Assembly (NCBI GenBank): GCA_000004695.1
Contig: CM000150.2
Span: 3,360,001-3,424,000 of the forward strand
Length of the DNA stretch: 64,000 nucleotides
Source: Dictyostelium discoideum
Lineage: Eukaryota
Direction: 5' to 3'
Both the position numbers and the translations under genes were made by a program. This document shows positions 48,936 through 60,608 of the stretch, piece after piece. Each line of letters starts with the position of its first letter. Position 1 is the first letter of the stretch. Below the pieces are notes generated by a model. That model made no database searches. It saw nothing but the letters and a program-made list of their open reading frames with translations, and was not told where the DNA came from.

Positions 48936-49589
48936 ATTATAACCAACCAATAGGTTTTATAATAAAATAATTTTAAATCTTAAAATCTTGATTAAAAAAA
49001 AATCTATTTATTGAAAAACAATTTTAAATTAAAAGTCACATAAACACATATAAACACATAAACACATATACACACACACTAAACACAAAAAATACAAACC
49101 TAAATTTCCTTCTCTTTTAATTTATTGGACGTTGGGTGATAATTTATATATTATTTTTAATTAAATTTATTTAATTTGAAAAAAAAAAAAAAAAAAAAAA
49201 AGACTATATATTAGAGCCAACACTATCAATGGTTTATGTTTTTTTTTTTTTTTGATTTATAATTTTAATTTTTAAATTTTATTTTTAATTTTTTCCAAAC
49301 TATCAAAAAAAATGATCAACTTCCAAAAAAGGTCAAATGTTTAAAAAAAAAAATACAGAACAATTATAGTGTAAAAAATCAATCGTTTATTATTACGACT
49401 TTAATTAAATGATATACTTTACTTTTAATAAAAACACAATAAAATTGTTAATTTAAATTAATTAATAAATTTTTTTTTTGTTATTTTTTTGTTATTTTTT
49501 TTGTTTTTTTTTTTTTCTTTCTTATTTAAAAAAAAAAGTCAAATCTCTATTCAGTGAGTGTGATCAAAATCTATACCTAATGGGTTAAA

Positions 49590-49647
<58 letters not shown>

Positions 49648-50520
49648 TCAAATTTTATTATTTTATAATTTCTATTTATTTTCCTGAATGGATTCTCTTT
49701 TTAATTGAAAGGATTTTTTTTAATTTAAAAAATTTTTAATTTAAAATAGTTTTAAGAATATCACAACAGAAAAAAGATATTAAATAAATAAATAAAAAAA
49801 AATAATAAAAACAAATAAAAAAAAAATAAAAATAAAAAATAAAAATAAAATAAAAATCAAATTATTATTATTATTAATAAATTATGTATTATTTTTATTT
49901 TTTTTTTTTATTTTTATATTTTTATTATTATTATTTATTTAATTTTTTATTTATTTATTATTAAAGATAGTATCCATCTATGTGTGTGGATAGTGGATAG
50001 TGGGCAGTTTGTTAAATTTAAAAAAGTCAATGTGCACAGCAATATAGTTCAATTGAACCTTTGTTGTGTGGTGTCTGATATTTTTATTATTATTTTTATT
50101 TATTATTTTTTTATTTTTATTTTTTGTTATTCTTTTATTATTTTTTTTATATTTATTACTATCATCATATAACCACTTTTCTTTTATTTTTATTATTTTT
50201 TTTTTTTTTTTTTTGATATTTTATTCTATCACACACGAACACACACACATATTGTGTGTTTGCTCAAAAAAATCACACAATACACTATAATCACATATCA
50301 CAATGTATTTATACTATTTTAGTGTTTATTAGGCACATCTTTGATTATTGTAATTATAGAGGAATGGGGGTAGGGAAAGGAGGGTAAGATAATATTTTAA
50401 AACTGTTTTTTGCACAACCTTGTGTCCTAAAATATTCAAATTTCTGGAAAAGAAAAAAAAAAAAAAATTAAAAATTAAAAATTAAAAAATTAAATTAAAA
50501 ATAAATAGATTTCGATTTTA

Positions 50521-50646
<126 letters not shown>

Positions 50647-50805
50647 TTATCTAATTTAAATTATTGTTTATTATTATTGTTTTTTTTTTTTTTTTTTTTA
50701 ATCACTTTTTTAATTTTAAATTTTAAATTATTTTTATTTTTATTTTTAATTATTTTAATTATTTTTAATTATTTTAATTATTTTTAATAATTTTAATTAT
50801 TTTAA

Positions 50806-51071
50806 TTATTTATTACTATTTATACTATTTAAAACTGATGTAACATAAAAACTTGTTGATTTTTGTGATAACTCAGAGTGTGTGCCTCTTTCAATAATTC
50901 TATTATCATCAAATACTAAAATATTATTTGATCTTTTTAATGTTGACAATTTATTTGCAATTGCAATTACAGTTTTATTTTGAACCAATAATTCAATTGA
51001 ATCTTCAATTTCTTTTGAATCAAATGGTAATGTAGTTTCATCTAATAATAAAACTGATGGATCTATAGATA

Positions 51072-51106
<35 letters not shown>

Positions 51107-51593
51107 TGTTAAAATAAAAATATTATAAATAAAGAGAGAGAGAAAATATATATATATATATTTACTTCTTAAAAATGCTCTTGCAATTGAAATTTTTAAA
51201 ATTTGAATTGGATCAAAGAAATTATTTTTACCAATCATTGAATCATAACCATGTGGTAAACCAATTACAAAATCATGAAGATTTGCTTTCTTTGATGCAT
51301 CAATTATATTTTGAGTTGAAAGATGTGATAAACCATATCTAATATTTTGTTCCACGGTACCATCGAAAATTACAGTTTGTAGTGGTGAAATTGTGAATAA
51401 ACGGCTTCTAAAGAAATATAAATCCAAAACTTTTGTATCAATTCTACCAATGAAAACAGTACCACGAGTTGGATAATATAAACCTTGAATTAATGAAAAA
51501 ATAAATTCTTTTGATTGTGATGGCCCAACCAATGATAACCATTGACCTTTATTAACTATAAATGAAACATTTGATAATATCATACCATTATTA

Positions 51594-51633
<40 letters not shown>

Positions 51634-53124
51634 TATTATTATTATTATTAAAATAAACATTATCAAATGAAATATTTGAATCAGTTGATGGAGTTATACC
51701 ACCTTGAAAATGAACTATTGGTTTACGATCAATTAATGAGAAAATTCTTTTAGATGATGAAATTAATTTTTGAATTTCATTAATTGAACCGATTAAACCA
51801 TTCATAGAGGCAGTGATCATTAATGAATATAGAATGAATTGTAAGAGTAGTATTGAATTTGATAGAGTTTGTGACATTGCAAAACCATAAATTCCAATGA
51901 TTGTACCCATAACTAATAAACTACCAAATGAAATCCAAAATGCATTCATTAAAACGAATGAACGTGAACTACGATGTAATATTTCTAATTCCGTTTCAAA
52001 ACTTCTTAATTCTTTACTTTCAGCATTCAATAATCTAATCTCTTTAATATTACCAATTGAATCATCTATAATCAATCCAATATTAACTAACTTTTCTTGA
52101 ATATAATTATACTTTGGATGAATCCATTTCTTAAATACCAAAAATGATATTAATAATATAACTAAAAATGATATCATCAATAATGTAACTTTCCATGATA
52201 AAAATACTAAAATTAATAATCCACCAATTAATTGTAATGAACATCTAACTAATGTTGATAATGATACTGTTATACAATTTTGTAAAATTGACTATTTTAT
52301 TTTTGAAAAAAAAAAAAAAAAAAATTAATAATTTATAAATAATAATAAATATTTTTAATAATAATAATAATAATAATAATAATACATACAGAATCAGAAG
52401 CAATTACAGCTTTTAAATCACCAGTTCTATTTGAATCAAAATATGAAACTTCTTGAGTTAATAAAGATTTAAATAAATCACGTTTTAATTTTGTAACAAC
52501 ACTAAAACCTGCCATTGTAAATAATAAATAACGTGCAAATAAAAATGGTGTTTGAACTAATACTATAATGATAATCCATTTAAAATCATATTCCGTATTA
52601 CCAAAAAGTGATGTATATTTTGATGTTATTGATTCTAAAACTGTTGGATTTGTTGTTGTTGTTGTTATATTTGGTGTTGGTGTTGGTGTTATTATTATAT
52701 TATTATCTGTACTATTTACACTGTTTACTGTTAAATTAACTCTTATTGCTTCTTGAATACCATTTGCTAAATAATAGTAAAAAAAACAATTAATATATAT
52801 TTTTATAATAACAATTTAATATTATATATGTATTATTTACCAAAACAATAAGGTAATGCTAATTGACATAAAGTTGTTATTGAAAGCGCTAAAAATGCAA
52901 ATACGAAATACCAAATTTGTGGTCTAATATATGTTAGTATTCTATAGATACATCTTCTTGTTGAATAACTTGTTTTATAGAATGAATGCTCATCAAAACT
53001 ATCCTCTTCCAAGTAATCTACATCATCAAAATCATATACTGATCTTTTAAAATCAAAATCATCTTTATAATCAACTAAATATGGTGTAATTGAATTTAAA
53101 CTATTATTTATTTTATTTTTATTA

Positions 53125-53217
<93 letters not shown>

Positions 53218-53579
53218 TTATCTTGACTTGATTTATTATTTATTATTGGTAGAGGTGTATCTAAATTAAATTTTACAGAATTCCTTTTTTTATTTTTATT
53301 TTCTTTATCTAAATTAAATTCCTAAAAATAAAAATAAAAATAAAAATAAAAAAAATGGAAATTGTTGGTAAAAATTATTTTTTTTAGATTTAAAATAAAT
53401 AAAAAAAATTAAAAAAGAAATAAAAATAAAAAAATTAATAATCATATGATTATTAATTTATTTATATATACATATAATTTATTAAAAATATTTACAATTG
53501 GTGAAGTGCCTAATCCAATTGGAGATTCATCTTCTATATTATCCTCGTCCAAGTAATTATAATTACTTTTTCGGGTCAT
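50806..53579 (-). CDS. ABC half transporter (ABCB-like TMD-NBD) with degenerate ATPase motifs, ~774 aa, 5 exons: 53496..53579, 52841..53321, 52390..52766, 51166..52291, 50806..51062
   Basis: E1: MTRKSNYNYLDEDNIEDESPIGLGTSPI (GTAAAT donor). E2: an N-rich cytosolic extension then TM1 (IWYFVFAFLALSITTLCQLALPYCF). E3: TM helices and the conserved RxxxFxxLLxQEVSYFDSNRTGDLKAVIASDS block. E4: the remaining TM helices and the NBD up to ISIARAFLR. E5: NPSVLLLDETT...TVIAIANKLSTL...*. All junctions are GT..AG with phases closing (84+481+377+1126+257 = 2325 nt). NBD motifs deviate from consensus: Walker A VGPSQSKEF (consensus GxSGSGKST), signature FDPIQ (consensus LSGGQ), H-loop AIANKLST (consensus AHRLST), Walker B LLLDETT retained. 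Confidence 0.75.
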
Positions 53580-54121
53580 TTCCAAATAATTTTTTTTTAT
53601 GTTTACAAAAATCGATTTCTTTTTTTTTTTTTTTTTTTAATTTATTAAAAATAATATGATAAAAAAAAAAAAAAAAAAAAAAAATATAAAAAATTAAAAA
53701 AAAAAAAAAAATAAAAAAAAATAAAAAAAATAAAAAAAAAAATAAAAAATAAAAAACCACCGGGTAAAAAAATTTTATTTGAAATGATTTAGACCTTTGA
53801 AAAAAAAAAAAAAAAAAAATCTGGTTAAAAAAAAAAAAAAAAAAGTATTGTATGGTAATATCAATAAAATGATTACATTTTTTTTTTTTTTATTTAATTT
53901 CAAAGGTTTTAACCAATTTATTATCACTTTTTTTTTATTTTTCTTTTTTTTTTTTTTATTCTTTTGGTCCAAAATCAAAATTGAAAAAGTAGTACTAAAG
54001 GTACACATTATGAAATTGCAAAAAGTTAATCCATGCTATAATTAAAATAAAAAAATAAAATAAAAAAAAAATAAAAAAAAAATAAAAAAAATTTTTTTTT
54101 CTCGTTTTTCAAAAAAACGAA

Positions 54122-54155
<34 letters not shown>

Positions 54156-54229
54156 TAATAAATTTTTATTCAATTATTCTTTATTAAGATTTATTGAAAT
54201 TATATAAATCACATAAAAAAAAAAAAAAA

Positions 54230-55170
54230 ATGTCAAGACCAGAACATATAGCACCACCAGAAATTGTAAATGAAAATTTAAATCAACACACACATAATAA
54301 ATTTAATATTAATATATTTTATTTATTTTAAAAAATTTATAGTTTTATGATGATGTTGAATCAAAGAAATATTCATCAAATTCACGTATTATTGAAATTC
54401 AAACTAAAATGGCAGAAAGAGCTTATGAATTATTAGCAATACCAGAGACAGCAGAGGGATTAATGTTATTGGATATTGGTTGTGGATCAGGTATTAGTGG
54501 TGATGTTATAACGGATGCAGGACATTATTGGATTGGTTGTGATATTTCACAACATATGTTGGATGTTGCAATAGATAGAGAGGTTGAGGGAGACGTAATG
54601 TTGAGAGATATAGGACAAGGGTTCCCATTTAGAGCAGGTTCATTCGATGCCGCAATAAGCATTTCCGCAATCCAGTGGCTTTGCAATGCCGAAAAGTCGC
54701 ACCACAACCCAAGAAAGAGACTACACACATTTTTTCAATCACTATTCAATGTTTTAACACGTGGTGGTAAAGCAATCTTACAATTTTATCCAGAGAATTC
54801 AGCTCAAATTGAGATGATCACTGCATCTGCATTGAGATGCGGTTTTAGTGGTGGTTTGTTAATTGATTTTCCAAATAGTAGTAAAGCAAAGAAATACTTT
54901 TTAGTTTTATTCACTGGTAATAATAATATTATGCCATCTGCAAAAGGTGTAGAAGGTGAGGAATATGAACAACAAGAAGAGGAAGACAGTAATGAAGTTA
55001 AATACTCAAATCGTAAAAGAGATAGAAGACGTGTTACAAAATCAAAAGGTTCTGCTCAACATAAAACTAAAGAATGGATTATGAATAAAAAAGATAGACA
55101 AAGAAAACAAGGTAGAGAAATTAAAAATGATTCTAAATTCTCTGGTAGAAAAAGAGGTCCAAAATTTTAA
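54230..55170 (+). CDS. Bud23/WBSCR22-type 18S rRNA (guanine-N7)-methyltransferase, ~287 aa, 2 exons: 54230..54265, 54343..55170
   Basis: Exon 1 (MSRPEHIAPPEI) has a GTAAAT donor. Acceptor TTTATAG at 54342 leads to exon 2 (FYDDVESKKYSSNSRIIEIQTKMAERAYELLAIPE...LDIGCGSGISGDVI...GCDISQHMLDVA...GSFDAAISISAIQWLCNA...GGKAILQFYP...CGFSGGLLIDFPNSSKAKKYFLVLFTG...KFSGRKRGPKF*). It is collinear with yeast Bud23 / human WBSCR22, including the PPEIFYND start, the SAM-binding DxGCGSG, and the C-terminal KFTGRKR nuclear-localisation tail. Confidence 0.85.
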
Positions 55171-55211
55171 AAATAAATTTAAATTTATTATTATTATTTT
55201 TATTGTTATAT

Positions 55212-55245
<34 letters not shown>

Positions 55246-55935
55246 CTTATACAAAAATAGTAATTATATATTACATCATTTCTTCTTTTTTTTTTTTTAG
55301 TATTTATTTATTTATTTTATTTTATTTCATTTTATTTTATTTTTTTTTTTTTTTTTCTTCATTTCTAAAAATATTTAATAAATAATTTAAAAAATATTAA
55401 ATTTGTTGATGATATCATTTAAAGATATTACAAGTAATGAAAAGGTTAATTCAAATATTTTAATTGGAAATTAATAGATTTTAGATTAATATGATCATTT
55501 TTTCCTTTTTTTTTTCCTTTTTTTTTTTTTCTATTTTTATTTTTTAAAATTAAATGTTTTTAATTTTATTTTTGATTTTATTATTTTTTTTTAAAATTTT
55601 AATTAATAAATTATTGGTGGTTTACTATTATTAGTATTAATATATTTTTTTATTTTTTTTTTTTTATTGTTATTATAATTATTATTATTATCATTATTTC
55701 CAATGTCAAGCCAACAAATTATACAAGTAAAGACATATGTTTCACTCGCTCTACTCTCCTTTTTTAAATTTAGTTTTAACATCTTGTATAAAAAAAAAAA
55801 AAAAAATAATAATAATAATAATAATTTTAAAAAAAAATAATAAAAAGATTTATCACACAGTACCACATTTAATTTATGAAATGCAAATATTAACAATATA
55901 CAAATGTACCACTTGACCTCAATTTTAATTAAAAA

Positions 55936-55967
<32 letters not shown>

Positions 55968-56342
55968 GGTAATAAAACAAAAAAAAAAAAAAAAAAAAAA
56001 TTTAGGGGGTGCTAGTGGTCGGAATAAATAAAATTAAAGACACAAGTAAGGAGGCAATAAACTAAAAGATCACATGTGATCAAAAAAAAACAAAAAAAAA
56101 ACAAAAACACAAAAAAAACAACCATATTTATAAAATATAACAAATTAAACTTAATTTGTTAAATAGGAGTTTGGAAAAAAAAAAAAAAAAACAAAATAAA
56201 ATAAAATAAAATAAAAATAATTTCTTTTTTTTTTTTTTTTTAATCATCCATTATCGCAAACCGAAACCTGTGATGAGGCGGTTTGTGATTTTTTTCAATA
56301 TTTTTTTTTTTTTTTATTTTTTATTTTTTATTTTTTTTTTTC

Positions 56343-56374
<32 letters not shown>

Positions 56375-57071
56375 CATTTATGAGAAGCCTGTAATAGTAA
56401 TAAAAATAATCAAAATAATTATAAAATCACAATACCATTATTAACAATAATATTAATAATAGTAAAATTATTAAAAAACAGTAATAATATAATTTATTGG
56501 TACTATCATTTTCTAAACAACAATTTTTTTTTTATTTTTATTTTTTTATTTTTTTTTATTTTTATTAATAGATTATTATTTTTTTCAATTTGTGTTTAAA
56601 AAAAAAAAAAAAAAAAAAAAATCAAAATAGATTTAAAAAAAAAAAAAAAATAGAAAGAAAAATAATAATCTATAATATTATATTTAATTTTTTATTTTTA
56701 TTTTTATTTTTTATTTTTAATGATTTTTTTTTTTTTTTAAAAAAAAAAAAGAAATATTTAATTATACAAATATTTAAATTCAAAATAACCTTTTTTAGTT
56801 TGTTTGAAAAAAATAAAATAAAAAAACATTTGTACTATAAAAATAAATAAGGTGATATACGTGTAAAAAGAAGAGTTAATCAAAGGTAGGAAGATAATTT
56901 ATCACCAAAAAAAAAAAAAAAAAAAAAAGAAAAAGAAAAAGAAAATATAATGTTATAACATTATAAAATTTATAAAAATTAATTTTCCAAAATATATTTT
57001 TTTTTTTTTTTTTATTATTTCTTTCTTTTTTTTAATTAAAGTTTAATTGCCCCAAAATATATTTTTTTTCA

Positions 57072-57114
<43 letters not shown>

Positions 57115-58032
57115 CTTTATTATTATTTTTATTATTATTATTATCATCATCATCATCATAATTATAATCTTATTCATCATCATCATCATTATCATCATTA
57201 ATATAGTAAGGGTGTGTTAATGGATATTTTTAGAGATATCAATTTTTTTTTTTTTTTTTCTATCCAATTTTTTTTTTTTTTTTTTTTTTTTTTTCTATTC
57301 TTTTTTTTTACCCCACCAAAAAAAAAAATATTAAATTGTACAACCACTAAACCCCTAGCACATACTATCAAAGGAAAGATAATAATACCAAATAACTGAC
57401 AATAGATATATTTTGATATTTATTAATATGTGGTTAAGTGTTTGGTTGGTTGTATAGAATTATCAGTTTAATCAATTACAATAATTTTTTATTTTTATTT
57501 TTTATTTTTGTTTTTCATATTATATTAAATATTGTACACATAATTGTTTTTTTTATTTTTTTTTTTTATTTTTTTTATTCCTTATTTTTTTATTTTTTCC
57601 AAATTTTTTTTTTATTTTTTTTTATTTTGTAACATCTATTGCTTTGAAATTTTTATACTATAGCATAGGTTATTAATTACTAACACAACTTTAAATTATT
57701 TATTTATTTTTATTTTCATTTTTTAAAAATAATAAATAAAAAAAAAAATTAACAAAACAAATAAATATAAAAGCAAACAAAAAAAAAATAAAAAAATAAA
57801 AAAAAAAATAAAATAAATTAGTTAATCAATAAATAAAAATAAAAAGTTAGTAAAAAAAAAAAAAAAAAGAAAAAAGAAAAAAGAAAAAAAGAAAAAAAAA
57901 TTGTACATTAAAAAAAAGGTAAGATATTTTTTTTTTTTTGGTTTTAAAATAAATAATAATTCAATCAAAAAAACAATTATTGTTTTTTTTTTTTTATTTT
58001 TTTTTTTATTTTTTTATTTTTTTTTTTTTTTG

Positions 58033-58125
58033 ATGAAAATTGGTATCTGCGAACATTTTCGGGCTCTGATATTTGTCACCACTAACAATCCCAAAAAAGC
58101 AATCGAACATTGCCCACTTTGTTAA
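58033..58125 (+). CDS. Candidate 30-aa small ORF (MKIGICEHFRALIFVTTNNPKKAIEHCPLC)
   Basis: A sharply bounded GC-richer island in a >90% AT desert. An ATG begins exactly where composition rises, and a TAA ends exactly where it falls. The peptide has CxxH...HCxxC spacing, a possible mini zinc-binding motif. It may instead be a structured ncRNA (contains UGAUGA and CUGA box-like words). Weak evidence either way. Confidence 0.25.
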   Translation: MKIGICEHFRALIFVTTNNPKKAIEHCPLC

Positions 58126-58519
58126 ATTTTTTTTTTTTATTCCATTTTATAAAAAAAAAAAAAGGAAAAAGAAAAAATCCAATTTTATTTTTTTTATTTT
58201 TTTTTATTTTTTTTTTTGTTTTTTTTTTTTTTTTTATAAAAAAAAAATTTCTTTGTGTTCAATTTTTAAAAAAAAAAACTTGCACAATAATAAGGAAATT
58301 ACATTCTTTATTTTTGTTTTTTAATATTTTTTTTTTTTTCCTATTTCTATAACAACAATACTTTATTTAATATTTAATGAACAAAAAAAAAAAAAAAACC
58401 AAATTAAAATTTAAAAATAAAATAAAATATCATCAAAAACAAATCAAGAATAAAATTAAAATTAAAATAATAATATCAAAAACAATTTAAAAGCAATTTA
58501 AATTGGAAATAAATTAATA

Positions 58520-58581
58520 ATGGCATCAATATCATTATCACAATCATCATCATCAAATAAATTACTAAAAAAAGGTACCAA
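58520..58581 (+). CDS. Hypothetical first exon (MASISLSQSSSSNKLLKKGTK) possibly spliced to the 60109..63103 GTPase-PH exon
   Basis: It is an ATG-initiated 62-nt GC-richer block ending at a GTAATT donor (phase 2). That phase matches the one required by the acceptors at 60108/60120/60126. The implied ~1.5-kb intron would be unusually long for Dictyostelium. Purely a frame/splice-signal inference. Confidence 0.25.
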
Positions 58582-58870
58582 GTAATTTAGTTTTTTTCTT
58601 TATCTTTTTTTTTTTTTTCTTTTTTTTTTTTTTAACTTTCCTATATACATACATACATACACCACACCTCAAAGAAATTATAATTTCAGTGAAATTAAAA
58701 AGAATAATAATCAACATAAATTATTTATGACAATCATCATTTAATTTTCAAGAACCAAATATAGATTCATTTAATTAAATTTTTTTTTTTTTAAAAAAAA
58801 AAACCACCTTTTGTTTACCTTGCGTACACAAAATTTATTATTTTATTTTCACTTTTTTTTTTTTTGATTT

Positions 58871-58901
<31 letters not shown>

Positions 58902-59384
58902 GATTGTTTCTTTTATAATAATTAAATCAAAATCACAAAAAATTTCCTTACAACAAAATGATTTGATCTATTTCATTCTCATAAAATATAAAAAGGCAAA
59001 TTTATAGTAATAAAGATAATGATTTAAAGTCACCAAAATTTTTTTTATTTTTTATTTTTTTTATTTTTTTTTATTTTATTTTTTTTTTTAAAATTAAAAG
59101 TTATTTTTAACCCACCAAATTAATTGTTCATCTTAAATAATTTTGTTGTTATTTTTAGCGCTGATCAAAAAAAAAAAAAAAAAAAAAATAAAATAAAATA
59201 ATTAAAAAAATTTTTTTTTCAAAAATTCCACACCACACAAGAAAAAAAAACTGGCTCTCAATACAAAAAAAATAAATAAATAAACACATCACACGATCAG
59301 GTATAGATAATTCATTCGAAGTTTTTTTTTTTTGTAATTTGATTTTATTTTATTTTATACCCTCTCAAATTTTCTCAAATAAAA

Positions 59385-59433
<49 letters not shown>

Positions 59434-59579
59434 CAAATTTTTTTTACTCCACCCACATAATCACAATAAAAAAAAAAGTCAATCTCAATGATTGTGATAG
59501 CTTTATGATTTTATAAAAAAACAACAACAACAATAATAATAATAATAATAATAACAATAATAAAAAACTATAAACTTAG

Positions 59580-59614
<35 letters not shown>

Positions 59615-60108
59615 CAAATTAAAAAAGTCAAAACACACAAAACACACATTTCAAATAATACAAATATAGACGTGATTCCAATAATTTGACACACACACAA
59701 TAAAAAACGCACAAATAACAATAAAAACAAAAACAACAATAACCTCTATTTTTAAATTGGATTGATATCTGGATAGTTGATATCAATTGTATGTTATGCT
59801 TTTATAAATTTGTGTATTTTTTTTTATTTTTATTTTTATCATAATTATGCTATTATTGAATTACACACAAAATTTCCAATTAATAACATTTTTATTATTT
59901 CCTTTTATTAACACATTTGATTATAATTGGTTAATTAATTTTTAATTTTTTTTTTTTTTATTTTATTATTTTTTTTCCTTTTTTTAAACACAATATAAAT
60001 TTTTAATTTTTTTTTAATTTACTTTATTTAAATATAATTAATTTTAAATTAAAACATACATATATTAACTTTATTTATTTATTTTTTCTTTCGCACAAAA
60101 TAAATAGA

Positions 60109-60562
60109 AAAATCAACAGAAAATAGTTTAAAACCAACAACAACAACAACAACATCACCAACATCATCAAAGTTGGGATTCCTTAATCGATCAAAAAGTA
60201 ATAGTAATATAAATATAAACGAACTAAAAAATAAATTTTTAGAACAACAACAAGAAGGTTCAATAAGTAATATAGCTGGTGTAGCAACAACACAACAAAA
60301 TCCATCAATAGTAATAAATTCATCATCATCATCATCATCTTCTTCATCTCATCATCCACATCATCAAAAAACACCGAGTAATAGTAGTAGTAATTTCAAT
60401 TTAATAAAAGCAAGTTTTAATCAAATTGGTGTAGCATTTAATAATAATATATCACCAAGATCAAATAGAAAAGAAAAAGAAAAAGATAAAGATAAAGATC
60501 ATCAAGATAATAGTAATATAAATAATATAAATAATATAAATAATAATATAAATAATAATATA

Positions 60563-60608
<46 letters not shown>

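Noticed and set aside
55603-55980. Minus-strand ORF containing MLKLNLKKESRASETYVFTCIICWLDIGN
   Set aside because: Only ~25 codons have non-repeat character and there is no convincing splice or start context. Possibly a small gene but too weak to call.
60173-60175. ORF-track start codons at 60173, 8256 and 19604
   Set aside because: These are TTG codons. The true initiators are elsewhere: an upstream exon for the 60173 ORF, an internal codon of MGRN1 exon 2 at 8256, and the ATG at 19646 for the 19604 ORF.
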